Positions 1 to 13,760 of a DNA stretch of 64,000 nucleotides are shown in pieces. The translations under genes and the position numbers were made by a program. The first letter of the stretch is position 1. Each line of letters opens with the position of its first letter. Source of the stretch: Octopus sinensis (Eukaryota); NCBI RefSeq assembly GCF_006345805.1, contig NC_042997.1:164052001-164116000 (forward strand), in the 5' to 3' direction. The notes under the pieces are model-generated. The model was not told the origin of the DNA. It saw nothing but the letters and a program-made list of their open reading frames with translations, and did not search any database.

Positions 1-860
1 AATTCACAATAGAGTACAGTAAAAAGAACTAGCTTTTGGGGAAATTTTAGTCATTGAGAGAAACATAGACACTAAAACTAACATTCACTTCCAGCCAACA
101 GACTCAAAACAATATTTGTTATTTACTTCTTGCCTTTCTAAACAAGAAACAAGAAGAATCTGCAAAAGTGTATCCATTTTAGAAACTCAAGATAAACAGC
201 CTCAAGAATTAAAGAAAATATTATTCGAAAAACACTACTCAGCAACATAAACAGATAATAGAATAGCACATGCCAAATAATAGTTGTTTAAAATCTTTGA
301 AGGACTAAAGACACTTCTGATACACTCAAAGCCTTAACATCAACATACAAGCCAAGAAATACAGAAGCATGCAACATTATTCATCAGAATATACCACTAT
401 TGAGGAAAGACTAAAAAATGAAATATACACTCAAAACTCAAAGAAAATTGAAAGAAGACAATTAAAACCTTAAAGATTACTTACTGAAAATACAACCCCA
501 AGTCAAAAAGTGTGGATGCCCTAACTGCAGAATCTGTATTAAAGTTACAATTTATGAATTTAAATTGGAATAGATATTTACCCTGAAAAACTTTTCCTGT
601 ATATCAAAGAATTAAATTTATGTAACTAAATGTAACAGATGTGTGAAGATTACATAGGACAAATGAGATCGATTTTTAGAAGAGTGGCTGTATATCATCA
701 ACAAATGCAAAATACTTATCAATGAATATTTGAACTTGTGTACAATAAATAAATTCCCAAAATATCCAGTTTTCTCTGTTGAATATATGAACTAAACAAA
801 TATGAAAGAATAAATGAAGCATTTTTATAAAGAAATACAAATCATGTCCAAAAAAAGATG
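1..860 (+). mobile_element. Penelope-like retroelement remnant (RT thumb to GIY-YIG endonuclease), degenerate
   Basis: Manual translation gives ...HFQPTDSKQYLLFTSC (~85-135), matching PLE RT 'YxKPTDxKQYLxFxSCHP'. At ~617-710, IYVTKCNRC..DYIGQ..RVAVYHQQM matches the PLE GIY-YIG 'IYxIxCxxCxxxYIGQT'. Many stops and frameshifts. Confidence 0.8.
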
Positions 861-896
861 CTCTGTAACATAAATTAATGCTAACATAACTTTTTA

Positions 897-1430
897 TCAT
901 TGTTTAATGACAGTTTTCCATGCTGGCATGGGTTGGATAGTTTGACAGGAGTTGGCCAGTTAGGGAGCTGTCCAAACTCTAGCTGTCTGTTTTGGCATAG
1001 TTTCTACAACTGGATGCCCTTCCTAATACCAGCCACTTTACAGAGTGTGCTGTGTCACTGGCATGGGTGTGATCACACAGCATTGGCACAAGTGAATTTA
1101 TGCAACATTGGCATAAGCACATTTTATGTGGCATCAACATGAATGCATTTTACAAGGCACTGGTACAGGTACATTTTATGTGGCACTGGCACCTGCAAAG
1201 GACATGCCTGTAAGTTATGGATGACTGCAATTTCACTTAGCTTGATACATCTCAAGTATATCAAATCAACACACAACTCCCAGTCCCTTATCATTTCCTC
1301 AGTGAGGCCCAGCATCTGAAGATCCTTTCTGACCACTTCATCCCATGTCTTCCTGGGTCAACCCCTTCCACGGTTTTTCCTCCACAACTAGAGATCAGCT
1401 TTTCTGTAAGCAGCTGTCTTCATCTATACA
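897..1430 (-). mobile_element. 5'-truncated RTE LINE 3' end (ORF C-terminus plus 3'UTR)
   Basis: ORF 1124-1336 (VRKDLQMLGLTEEM) matches the C-terminus of the young RTE copy at 50380-50601. Shares the 3'UTR motif ccatgctggcatgggttgga...gatgcccttcctaa. Confidence 0.85.
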
Positions 1431-2139
1431 CAATAACTATTTTTTGAAAATAGATAACTAAAGATCCTCTTTCACTTTGCCCATCATTATTATATCAGTT
1501 GTAAAACCAGTTGAGCAAATGAATAGAAATTAAAAGAAAAATGAGAGAAATTTAAGTGCATTTCATTAAAATTGTTTTTTAGTATCTCAACTTGTGTAGT
1601 AGAAGACTTTGTATGTATGCAAGTGTGTGTATGTGATATTTGAGAAATTTTGTGCATATGTTTGTGTATATAATCATCTTCTCGTCCCCAGCTTTCTTTT
1701 GTATGTCTCTATTGCTCCTTCTTTACTGCCACAATACTGAAAATCAGTGTTTTATTATTCCACCCATTTCTGATCCTGAAAGGAAGCTTTACAACTTAGT
1801 TTTTTTCTTTCTTCCTCTTTACTGCCTCACTCCCTTTTTGTCACATACTTTCCCTTTTCTTTATTTTTTTGCCACTCTAATACTATCAACACTTCTTTTA
1901 CTTCTCTGATGCCCTTTTCTTTTTCTCTATACTTTTAGAAATCAGTTGCAAGGTTAGAATTTTAGCAGAATACTTGATTAATGTAGAGTTGTTGTTAATT
2001 ATACACACACATCAGCTTCTGAAACTGACATAACTGATTATAATTTAAGCAAGAGGACAAATTTTGTGTTTGTGATTTTAAATTATTTTCACAACTGAAT
2101 GTAGTCTTCTCTTTTAGAAGCTACTTGCTACAAATGTCT

Positions 2140-3365
2140 CCTTCAATAATGCTATGGAAAAAAGGAGCCTTGCCAAGTGTGCACATTTTGAATTGGTTTG
2201 AGATCCCCTTCAATCATAAGGATTCCATCATATCTGCAGAGCTTACAGGGAGAAGGAGATTTTCAGAACTGTTAATGCCCAGATGATTCATAATCCCTGT
2301 GGTATACTCAACAAGAAGTCACTTTGCACTGAGAACAAGTGTACCAAACATTTTCCAAAACCATTTGTCGTGGAGACCCAAACAAGAGAAAATGGTTATC
2401 CTTCTTACTGAAGAACTCCAAAGGATGGAAGCTTCAAATATTGACATCTGTTGGATAGTTCCCTTCAGGCCTCTTCCAAACAAGATGGTTAATGCACACA
2501 TCAGCTTTGAGTTAGTTCTGCAATTCAATGAAGTTCATTAAGCATGTCAACAAATATGTCATCAAGGAATTGATGCTGCAATGCTTGCTCCAATACAGCA
2601 AAACAGTTGTGATGAAGTTAGTCAATTATAAGCAAGGACAAAGCACCAGTAGTGATGAAGCTTTATGGCACTTTTTGGTCCCTGCCATTCATGAATATAC
2701 TATAGAAATCAACAGCCTGCTGTCAATTTGGAAAATAGTTATTGGATTTCAAGCATCAAGTTCAACAGATATACTTCACCATGGAAATAGGGCACATAGA
2801 TGAAATCAACAATCCATTCATCATTGACTATTTCAAAGATATAAATGACTATGAAATTCAATAATACAGCTTCCCCCAATCAGACTACACTGGAATCAAT
2901 AATCTAGGAACATAAGTTTTGAAAGTGGTATCATATAATGTTGACACAGAAATAGCTACAATAATGTTGCATAATTTAGATCAGCTGTGGTTTTGCAATA
3001 CCACAAAAATGGTTAAGATGTTGATGTTACATGTTATCAAGGTTACTATTCTTATAGGTTACACCAAAAGAGAGGATGCAGTTATTCTCAGATTCCCACT
3101 CATGCCAACAGACATGCCTTTTTGATTTAGAAGATTTCAGCCTTCAGAACATCTAAGTTTTCCTATGTCAATCATTAAATCCTAAGTGCAAACACTGACA
3201 GATGAGGAATGTTGCTTTGCTAACGGTCAGTTTTATGCTCAAGAGATTGAAGCTTCCAGAAACTATTCATTCCTCTGATGGTTAAACCAAAAACATTGTA
3301 TATGCTGAGAAGCTGACAATAACAATGTGCATAATTCCCAAAGTTATGATGGATACAGAGCTAAT
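2140..3365 (+). mobile_element. Helitron Rep/PIF1-helicase remnant, internally deleted
   Basis: Degenerate Rep motifs in order: WKKGALPSVHILNW (HUH motif EWQKRGLPHxHxL), DSIISAEL, MIHNPCG..CTKHFP, WIVPFRPLPNKMVNAHI, FIKHVNKYV, SSDEALW..IHE. Then helicase IMLHNLD..CNTT..HVIKVTILIG..PLMPTDMPF.FRRFQ..FPMSIIKS and the C-terminal TKNIVY. Confidence 0.88.
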
Positions 3366-3559
3366 ATCATATAAAGTGGGGTCCACATTGTAACTCTTAA
3401 TATAAGTGTTATCCTAAAAGTTATGCAAAAGTGAGCATAATATTTTTATTACAAGGCATAGGTCATTCAAATTTTACATGCTGGCAAAGTAACTATCTCT
3501 CTCTATATATAGTAATTCTTTTCCCTGTTTTTATTCATTGCAGGCTCATAACAGGTTCC

Positions 3560-4612
3560 AAATAGAAGTAATATGTTGTTGTTCAGTTCTTAATGGAGAT
3601 GACATGAAAACAAGATGTGCACAGATGGATGAAAATGTTTAAAGAAGAGGAAACCAGCACTGAAGACAAACAACCATCAACTGTGACACTGACATGAATT
3701 TCCAGCAAATGGATGAATTTATTCACATAGACAGGTAAGTCTCAATCTGTAAGCAAAACTGGATTGTGGTTAGAATGCATTAAGATGGTGGAAGGCTCTG
3801 GGTATTAGAAAGTACATACAAAAGGAGTATCTAAGCAGCTAACATACAATTTAAAGGAGAAAAGGGCAGAAATCTGTGTTATGTTGGAAGTATTTGAAGT
3901 CAACAAAGATATGTCTCTTCCTGATCTTGTTACAAGGGATGAAACATGAATGTCTTTTTATAATCTGGAAATGAATGATGCCAGTCAACAGAATGGCATC
4001 ACACCATTTCTCCAAGACAATAAAAGATCTAGTGATTGGTATAAAAAGTCATGGTGATTGTTTCTTAGAATGGTAAGAGCATCATTCTCAGTGATTTCTG
4101 GAACATGTGTGTATCAGGTACAGAAACAAATCTTAGCGAATCCATTAGAAGGAAAAGACAACACAAAAATCTGAAAACAATCTTCATTCACCACGACAAT
4201 GCATGACTACACACATCTTTGACAACAAATTAGGCAATCAGCTAATTGAGCAGGTCAGTGGTCCTACAACCACTATACAGCACCTTCCAATTTACCTCCA
4301 ATTTGGCACCCTCCAATTTTCACTTGTTTGGTCCTATGAAGACAAAATTCAGGGAGAGTGGTTTGGTGATATAGATGAGGTAAAAGAGGCTATGAAGAAT
4401 TGATTGCAACAGTGCATATCTGAATGTTTTCAAAGAGGATTCAAGAATTGGGTTCAATGATGGAACAAATGCATTACTTTTGATGGCGACTATACTGAGT
4501 GGTGTCCTTGTATAGAGAAAAGGTTTATAAATCAATTTGCAATTTAAACAAGCTATGTTAGCTAATGAAAAAGTTATCCACTTCTCCATTACTTTTGGTA
4601 CAACTCTCATAT
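3560..4612 (+). mobile_element. Old mariner (Tc1/mariner) transposase remnant with right TIR
   Basis: VTRDET*MSFYNLE (VTGDETW motif, ~3930) and FIHHDNA (HDNARPH motif, ~4180). Ends ttacttttggtacaactctcaTA, typical of a mariner right end. Left TIR not identified. Confidence 0.8.
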
Positions 4613-5324
4613 AATTTCTTTATTACTGCATGCATTGAAGTTTTAATGCATGGATGTGTGGGTTTTCTCTGAACACTCCAATTTCTATGTATTATAAGAA
4701 TGATTTTATTTCCACGGGTGGTTTACTTCCCAACACTCTGGTTTCTACTTATTTCTCAAATTATTGAAGAATGAAAGAATTTCAAGAATAAAAGATAATA
4801 TGTTATGTTCAATAATAGTTTCAAATGAAATAAAACTGTTTTTACATTTACTTAATCCTATGTTCTTACTTAATTTGTTTGAATTCGATATATGTCATTT
4901 ACACAATTATATTACAAAATGTGCTATTAATATTGAATGAATATCTGTAGCACAGTGCATTAGCTACATGATTGCAACAATGTATTCGATAACAATTTCG
5001 TTTCTTAAATGAAGGATAACTTTTCAAGAGAAATCCAATAGTGTTCTATTACAATGAATATAACTTCATTAAGAACAATATTGAGACATTTATAGCTATT
5101 TGCCATATTCTACTGGTGTATGTGAGTGTGTGTGTGTGTGTGTAAGTATACATACACACATGCATGTATGTATAACTATGTACATATAATAAATGTATGT
5201 TTTATGTAAAATCATGCATAGAAACAATATAACATTAACTAAAAGAGCACTCAACACATTTAATAGAGTATTAAATATATTTTTACATTCAATGTTTCCC
5301 TACAAAAATAAATTGTTATACATC

Positions 5325-5359
<35 letters not shown>

Positions 5360-5539
5360 ATGCATGCAAGCATGTGCACATGTGTGTGTGCTCAGGTTAA
5401 CACTGAATCCCATCCATCAAATTATCATTTACAGAAGTTTCAATACTTGGTGTGCTTCTATTTTCAGTTTTCAAAGATGATTTGGTTAACACCAATAAAA
5501 AGTCAATTGTACATCCATGCCAGCGACAGCTAAACACAT

Positions 5540-6730
5540 GTGCTAAAGTTGGTGCAGTAGATGATTAGAAATGGTGCATTGCACATTCATCTGTAATTGG
5601 TATATTTGATACTCTTTTGATCCAGAGATGTTAGTCCACTCAAGTCTAATAATCCTAAACTACATTGTAAACATTTATGGGTTTATATGTTTCAAAGATC
5701 AAACCTTGTTTTTACGTTATTCATAACAGTACAAAAGAAAATGGGCAAACAGAAAAGCAGGAAATGATTATAAAAATGAATTCAATTAAAAGTGGGAAAA
5801 TGAATTCCTATTTATTTAGAGACTATCGCAAAATGTTAGATTTGGAATGTGGTGATTCTACCCAACATTCTGAGTTGTATTGAGTTTTTGGCAAAATTCA
5901 GAGAAGATTTTGGAAGCTGAAAAATACTATCCATTATTTTCTAGGAAAGAAAAATGAACCACCTGAAGAAAGAACCCTTCTATATAAGATAGCAATTGGT
6001 TGTTTGAGTTAAAATTTTTAGTTGACATAACCAGCTATGTCAATGATTTAAATTTGAATCTTCAGGGTTAGAACAAATTGTTTTGCAGTTCAGTAAATGA
6101 TATTAACACAGTTAAGATTTAAAATTGTTCATCTCTCAACTGGAAGAGAACTTGAGAATTTGAACCAGTTTCTACATTTAGAAAAGCAGAGTGAATGTGA
6201 TGAGGATAATGATAATTTTACAAAATATGTAGAAGAAAATTCAATCTTTTGTAAGAGACATTTGAAAGATATTTTTTGTTATTTTGCTCGAGAAAATTGC
6301 ATACACACATTTATAAAACCATTTTCACTTAGTGAAGGAAAAATAAATATATTATGAAAATGCCTAGTAATATACAAACAGAACTTATTCGTTTGAAAAC
6401 AAATTCATTATTGAAAATGAAATTTGATTTGATTCCCTCAGTTCTAAATGCTACTGATATAATTAATTTTTGATGATCATTACCCTGTGAACATTTTCAT
6501 AACTATGTAAATTTGCCCAGAGTTACATCTTTCATTTTGGAACGCTGCACAGATGTGAACAAATATTTTTAGTCATGAAAGAGATATATAAAAAAGAAAA
6601 ACAACATGAAAATGAAGTCATGATTGACTGATTTAAATTTGAAGAATTCTCTGCTGTGCTCAGTAAATAATATAACTCCAAGTCTTAAAGTTTGGCAACT
6701 TAAAAACAGATTCAAGTGTCTCATTAAGGT
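5540..6730 (+). mobile_element. hAT (SPIN/GTF2IRD2-like) transposase remnant
   Basis: WLFELKFLVDITSYVNDLNLNLQG (~5997-6068) matches 'WLxDLAFLVDITxHLNxLNLxLQG'. RCEQIF..MK (~6550) matches the hAT dimerisation motif 'CEQxFSxMK'. Confidence 0.8.
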
Positions 6731-6999
6731 AAATAATGTTTACTTTTTTATATTAAATCATTATTACATGTAAAAATGATGAATATATAATGTATTTGTA
6801 TTAACATGTTTCATGCAAGAATTGAATAAGAAACAATACTTAAATGATGCATCTGAACTCTTGTGTGAAAGAAATTGGTGCATGGAATGTACCTAACCCT
6901 AACCCCACGCTATTGCAACAATACTATCTTTTGCATCAATAAGATTAAGGAAATCAATGCAGCAGTTACTAAAAGCTTTGTTAAGATGAAAGTTTGAGT

Positions 7000-7450
7000 A
7001 TGTGATTGGAAGATGATATCATGAAAGTTTCAGCAACTGTTTTATCAGGGAAAAAGCCCACTAAAACTTACATTGCATTAAGGAGGTTTTGCACTGGTAG
7101 CATTGATAAAGCAACGATGAAGGAGCTTGATATTATGGCTGTAGCCATAGACTGCAATCTGGCCTGGGCAAAATATATCTCCACTGTATGTAACAAGTTT
7201 GGAACTTTATACAAAACTGCTAGCCAGCTGGATTAGGACAGTAGAGCCACTATTTACAAAGTGCAAATTTGAAGTCTTCTGGAGCATACCTGCCTTTGCT
7301 GGATGAATGTTTCAAACAGCATGCTCAACTAACTCACTGCAGTTCAAAAGAAAGCTCTCAGGATCATTGCAGTTGATGATTCTAATACTGTGAAAATGTG
7401 TAGCCATCATTTATCTAGACATTGCCTGAACAACAGCTTGTGTTGGCAAA
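7000..7450 (+). mobile_element. CR1/L2-group LINE RT C-terminal remnant
   Basis: DIMAVAIDCNLAWAKYIS (ILGVxIDxxLxWxxHI), RATIYKVQI.SLLEH..CW and VQKKALRII motifs. Confidence 0.7.
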
Positions 7451-7759
7451 CTCTGGAGTAGATTATCAGTTGTATCCTAACAAACAGAAACTCTACAAAT
7501 AATCTTTATTTTGCTTGTATATTTACTCCTGCCTGATTTAGTACACTATGTGTGAACCAAGAATATACAACTGAAAATGGGGAAATATCTGGGCATCTAC
7601 TCCACTGAGAAAATCCAAGTACCATCATACAAACTTTATACCATACACCTTACACTTCATTTGTAAAATTAGATGAGTAATCAAGTATATAAGGAGGAAA
7701 GCCTGCTCCTTCTGGAAAAGGACATCTGTAACATTATGAAACATTTATGTATTTAGGAA

Positions 7760-8250
7760 ATAAGAATAGCTCTTGTCAAAATTTAAGAACTTCAAAAACT
7801 TGGAACCTTGTTAGCTCAATTTCTAAAACAGCTAAGATTCAGACATCATATCAATCTTTCCAGAACACCATAAACAACTATATTGCATATTTACAACAAT
7901 CATCTAACATCCATGTACTTGCAGACAAAGCAAAATATATACAAAGTAAATAGTGCCACGCAAACATTAATCTCTTACCAAAAAATGACCAAAACATTTT
8001 AAAACCAAGTCCTACTATCAACAACTCTATAAACATAGAAATAAAGAAGACCAGCCAGTTAGTTGAAAATGGATCACATACAGTGCTTCGTTATTATTCT
8101 AGAAGACCATAAGGTCAGTTTCTCTTTCAGACCAAAGAGGAGGTTAATAAGTCTCTTGAAGAATTAATTAGGTCTATTTAACAAATGTATCCTCAAAACA
8201 ATTAGCTTTAAGATTAGAGATACTATGATAATAGAACAATGAAACTCAAG
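7760..8250 (+). mobile_element. Second PLE family, RT N-terminal remnant
   Basis: VLADKAKYI (ADKTxNxY) and .DHKVSFSFRPKRRLI (LKDHKxNFxxxPxxRLI) motifs; heavily decayed. Confidence 0.55.
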
Positions 8251-9093
8251 TACAATAAGAGAAATCAGAAGAAACATGTAAAAGAGGGGACTACACTGAT
8301 ATGCAATATGTGAAAAACAAGGACTATGCAACCCAGGTAGAAGGAGCTGCTGAAGACGAATCAAGAGAGACATGAAAAGTAGTGAATACTGATATTAAGA
8401 AACTGAACCCCATGAAGGAGATTAGAGTCAAACACAACAACTGTGCTAGAGAAAACATGTCCAACCCATGCAAGCATGAACAAACAGGCATGGTGATGCT
8501 ACTGCTGCTGCTGATGATGAAATGGTTATGTAATGGGAACACAGATAAATGTCTCCTAATATATGACATGCTTTTCAGTTGGGCTTACAGAATAAAGCAG
8601 ATATGAGTTGGATCTCCCCACAACACTTCCAGATTGAATGCTGTTCTGCCTTATATCATATGATAGTGATTTTTAATATAGGTACAAGACAGTAAATTGA
8701 AGGGAAAGTAGTTAACTCAACTCCTGCACTGATGAGTACTTGTTATTTTGATCTCAGAAGAATTAAAACAGTAAACATAAAGGAATAAATATGACTAGAT
8801 TGCTTATGCCAAGAAAAATGTATTCAAATACGATAGGAACATATCAAATATGCACAAAAGTCTGAAAGTGGGAGTAATGTGTTTTTTATTTAATAATTAG
8901 TCGAATTTTTGGGTGGGGTGATGCTGGCTTTATTAAATTTCAGTATACTACTGGCAATTATTTTATCAACTTTGGCAAAGTCAACCCTAGTTGGATTTGT
9001 ACCCAGAATCTAGGTTCTGTAAGATATTTAGTCTAAAGTTCTAACAGTTCTGCCAATCCACTACCCTTGTCTCAGGTAATATTCTCAGAAGCC

Positions 9094-9313
9094 GGTGGTG
9101 AGCTGGCAGAAATGTTAGTTAGCATGTTGGGTGAAATGCTCATTGGTATTTCATCTGTCTTTACACTCTGAGTTCAAATTCTGCCGAGGGCAACTTTGCT
9201 TTTCATCCTTTTGGGGTCAATAAATTAAGTACCAGTTGCATACTGCGGTCGATCTAATTGACTGGCCCCCTCCCACCAAAATAATTTCAGGCCTTGTGCC
9301 TAGAGTAGAAAAG
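9094..9313 (+). mobile_element. tRNA-derived SINE family A, full length, with 16-bp TSD
   Basis: A-box-like tggcagaa, B-box gttcaaattc and conserved central core tttcatccttttggggtcaataaattaagtaccag. Exact flanking duplication aatattctcagaagcc at 9078-9093 and 9314-9329. Confidence 0.9.
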
Positions 9314-12299
9314 AATATTCTCAGAAGCCTGGTATCTTCTCCCAATAACTACATATACTGATGTAATTATAGAATGATTTAAATACAAAATAAAATACAA
9401 TAAATTTAAACTTAAGACCAAACATATGCTCCACTGGCCTTTTCAATTCTATAATTGGAATGGATAATATATACTGGGTTAAAGAATCGATGTGAGTTAA
9501 TGATGGAAAGTACCTGTAATGCAGGTAGATCAAGACTGGCAATAATTCTGATAGATCAGATTTGTAATCATATTATTTCACAGATGAAATGGTACATGAT
9601 TGATCTGAGATACTGTATTGCAGATTTGCCCAAATGTTGCCAGCATAGAAAGCCAGATGTTAAAACAATGATTTTGATTGTAAGAAATGTTTTCCACTCA
9701 AATGCTCTGTCTACCTCATGCCAGCTATGCTAGATTAGTATCATATCCAGGTATCAGCTAGCTAGACAGTTTATATAATGAACTGTTTCATGATTCATAG
9801 TAATGTTTTGGATTCATGTTACACACATCTATTTGTATTTATACAAATGGAATATATGACGTACAATAGATATTCACATGCTGTACAATACATACGTAGT
9901 ACACGCATACAAATTAACTTTCAAGTCATTCAAAATGATATGTTCATGAAATCAATATGTATAAGATGGAACAGAAAGTGTTTATTAACTTTGGTTGATA
10001 ATCCTTTCAAATGAAGAAGACCTTCAGAATGTTCTTATTTTCTTTTTGTGTTTGTGTGTTCTGATATCAACGAGCAGTTTCTATAGATTTATTCCTTTAT
10101 GTAAAAATTATGAATTAATGCATACTACTAATTCCCAATACAACAAATGTCATGCATTGAGAAGATAAAAATCTACGTGTTGATCTTACACTATCTTCAC
10201 ATAAAAAGAATTAGCCGTGACATGTAAGGTGTTCGTAGTGTTAATGTGAATACATATTTGACATTTCCTGCTGTGGAGAGTTACATCAATATAAAGATGC
10301 GTATGAATATACACATGCACAAGAACATATACAGACACACACACACACACACAAGCTTATGACTAGGGACATTAAAAGTCAGTTATAAACTGCCAAGTGT
10401 TTTCAACAAAGTATTGATTTGTAAAGTTCTAACAGAGGAATTGGTTTTCATGAGAATAAAAATAAGATTGGTCATGAATTATTCTTTCCTTAGATATCTA
10501 AATTCTAAATGGCATCCTCTGCTAAGCTATATATTAAATCAACGAGCTGTCCTTGGCGTATCATTTCCTAGAGTGAGCTTTTTTATCTATGATAATATAT
10601 CAACAGTGCTATATTGATTTTAAATTGTCTAATTAAGTCCTTTCATACTTTTAATCAAGGTTTGTAACAGACTGAATCAATAAAGTGCTGGCTTCCCTGT
10701 CAAATAATCATTTGTATTACATCACCAATGTCATATAATGTCCCTAGTGAAAAAAATTAAACATCAATAGTCCAAGCTACCAAGCTGTAAATAGGTATAG
10801 AAAAGATCAGTGCCAGACTGTAAGCTGCATAGAAATAATAATGGCAGACACAAAATGGGAATCACTCTTACCTCTTGAGAAAGTCCACACTCGAATCAGC
10901 TTTCAATAACAAACATTTCCACAATCTTTAATGTTTTCAGCTTCTGCCATGGTCATTGCATTGTATAACACAAATTTAATATATATGATATATACAAAAG
11001 ATATTTTCTCACAGTACAAAACATAAAGTTAAATTCTTCACTGATGTAACACTGGCTCAATGGTCTATGGCACAATATACTTTTATTTATCCACATCCTA
11101 TTACATTAATGATCTAATGAAGCAATAAATAATCACTTGAGAGGTTGACAATTTGTAATCTGTCATTAGTGGTGCTCAAACTAGAAACTTAGCTCTTAAT
11201 AACTCATCGTAACTAGTTGTACATAGGTATCCCAGAAGGGTATAATTTCCTGATGAAAGCAGTAGTAACCCTGTAAAATTAATGAATGGTTTATTAGCAT
11301 GCATTTAAACCAAACCTGTCATGTGTGACAGTTGGCACGTTATCCAGGTAGAAATTTGACATCCATTTAATGTAACAGAAACCAGAATTAAATACCAGCT
11401 TAGAAGACCTTTCAGGTTTGTAAATTGATTATTTCAGAAATAATTAAAAGCTTCAACTGAAAAACTGAAGGAGTTTTAGAAATGCACATAAAAATTTTGA
11501 AAAAAGTTCAAAAAGTATCATGCAGTACATAATGTCATGACTATTTGAATTGTTATGTAACTTCAATGAAATACCAGTTTTAATTTGATAGATAGCTATC
11601 ATATAAAGCTCAAATTAGACTAGATTGGATGACAGATTAGATTATGTTTCTGCATTAGCTTTTATATATAAATCCATAAATTCCTGTAAAATTTGCAACT
11701 TGTACTCTTTCCAAACAAATACACAATTATGAAAGGCCCTCTTCAGTCCATTAGCTCTAGTTAGATCACTTACAGAAATAAGAAAGACGTCTGCAACAAC
11801 AATTAAATTTTCAGTTTCCTTTTTACTAGAAAAAAATACAATTGTGTCATTTTAGCCATTTCCAAACACAGAGAAACTGTTAACTTCACTTTTGTTTATT
11901 TTTTATTTATCTATCTATTTTTTAACTTTTTCTCATACTGTGTACCTTGAAATGTCTCTTACTAACCAGGTCACACTTTTGTGACTTAGACACTCACATA
12001 ATTTTCCTTTTGGTCACAATCTTGTGACTTGGTCACCGAAAGAATTCTATTCTTGTCACATTTCTATGGCCTTGTAATTGACACAATACCACTGCAAAGA
12101 AACTGTGTCAGCGACTAGGCTGCAGAAGCAGGATAAAATATTTTGAGGCTTCACAATACTATCAAGGAATAAAAGAAAGTGGCGATAATAGTTTTTGTGT
12201 TTTTAAATAGCAAAAATGGCTCTTCCCTAATGCAATTGTTTCATTTTCAGCATGTAATCAACACAGAATTCATGCAAGCATGCATGAATGCATGCAAGC

Positions 12300-12458
12300 A
12301 TGCATACATACATAAAAATCTGCACATACACATACATACAAAAATATCCTATTGTTGATGTTGAAATTCCAAAAAAGGAATCTTGGATCGAGGCTACAAA
12401 CCAGCTCTTTGTCTATTGGCAATAAATCTTTAGATAAAACTGAATAATGACATACATG
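12300..12458 (+). mobile_element. R4/Dong-type LINE 3'UTR fragment (copy 1)
   Basis: Homologous to 12820-12975. Both end gataaaactgaataatgacatac. Confidence 0.7.
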
Positions 12459-12539
12459 GTTGTGTGGTAAGAAGGCATAAGTGTGGCTGTGTGGTAAGAA
12501 GCTTCCTTCCCAACCACATGGTTCCAAGTTCAGTTCCAC

Positions 12540-12975
12540 TGCTGAACTATTCAGATTACAATCCGAACTATCCAGATTACAAGTTCAGGTTTATAACTGT
12601 AATTACTGGAGCACTGGGTTATGTAGCACACTGCCCAAACACCAATCTTGAGAAATTAGGCTTCTCAAAACTAGAAAGAGAAAGATGATTCAAAGACTAC
12701 AGATCTACACCATCACTGGAACTGTAAAAATCTGTAAAACTTTCCAGAAGTTTATCATTTAATTATATATGAGTATGTCTAAATATGCAACTACATGCAT
12801 GAGAATACATACATAAAACAAAACATACAAATTTGCACATATACATACATACATATTAAAATACTCTGTTGATGTTGTTGAAATTCCAATGAAGTAGCCT
12901 TGGATCTAAGTTAGAAACTGGCTCTTACTCTATTGGAGAGAAATCTTAAGATAAAACTGAATAATGACATACATT
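12540..12975 (+). mobile_element. R4/Dong-type (restriction-like endonuclease) LINE 3' end (copy 2)
   Basis: YPDYKFRFITVITGALGYV...LEKLGF...IQRLQIYTITGTVKICKTF resembles the C-terminal 'PxxxGALG...LG...GTxxI' end of RLE LINEs; followed by the 3'UTR. Confidence 0.75.
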
Positions 12976-13049
12976 CATTCATTTTTGTGTCTGTTTTCTC
13001 ATGCTGGCATCATATGATAGTAACTGACATCATATGATAGTAAATTGTA

Positions 13050-13760
13050 TTGAACATGAAATAGTTGTTCAGTAGGATGAATTTCAGTGCTGCAATTATG
13101 AATCTGTGGTTGATGTGTCCTGGGATCTCTTCTGGGTATTTTTCTAGCTAGAAGGTGATTGCTTCTGTACCATAACTGTGTGGGATATTGGTGTACAAGT
13201 TCACATTGAATGATACTAACAGAGTTCCTTCTTCGGGAGGTGGTTAAGCATGTCTAAGTCATCCCTGTTGAAGCTTTTCACATATTTTAGAAATGGTTTG
13301 AGTAAAATGTCGAGGAAATTGCTCAAACGGTAGGTTTCACAAGCAGGGCCAGTAATGATGGGTCTTAGTTTGAGGTCAGTAGGGGGAGGAACATCAACGC
13401 ATAGGCGTGGAGAATCTGCAAGCTTTACAAATATGTGGGTTTTTGTGTATTTTAGGTAATTCATAGAATAGACTTGGTCTGTATTCAAAATTGGATAAAT
13501 AGTCAATTTCTTTTTTAGTGAGGCCCTTTCCATGTATTTGAAGTAAGGAGGATAAGTTTTTAAGTGTCTTCTGTGGGTTGTTTTGTACTATCTTCTCATA
13601 GTAAATATTGTTTTCCAACATGGAGAGAATAAAATATTTATAGTACTCTGTGTCCATCACTACTACCGCCCTTCCTTTATCAGCTTTTTTAATGGTCAGG
13701 TTAATATCATTTTCTAACTCGATTAGGTTTTTCCATTCATTTGTGTTAAGGTTGGATTTA
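13050..13760 (-). mobile_element. Penelope-like RT fragment
   Basis: KADKGRAVVVMD, FYELPKIHK, LRPIITGPACETYRLSNFLDILLKP, RDDLDML and SFNV.LYTNIP are PLE RT motifs, split over frames (ORFs 13394-13660 and 13216-13533). Confidence 0.9.

Noticed and set aside
9094-9190. tRNA genes
   Set aside because: A/B boxes belong to SINE heads; no cloverleaf. No rRNA or tRNA gene recognised in the window.
10865-10960. Minus-strand donor GAG|GTAAGA with upstream ATG as a second INVS exon
   Set aside because: All three frames contain stops and there is no ankyrin similarity.
11245-11290. CTGATGA hammerhead-like start
   Set aside because: GAAA box and stem I/III cannot be formed convincingly; same for CTGATGA at ~38180 and ~46390.
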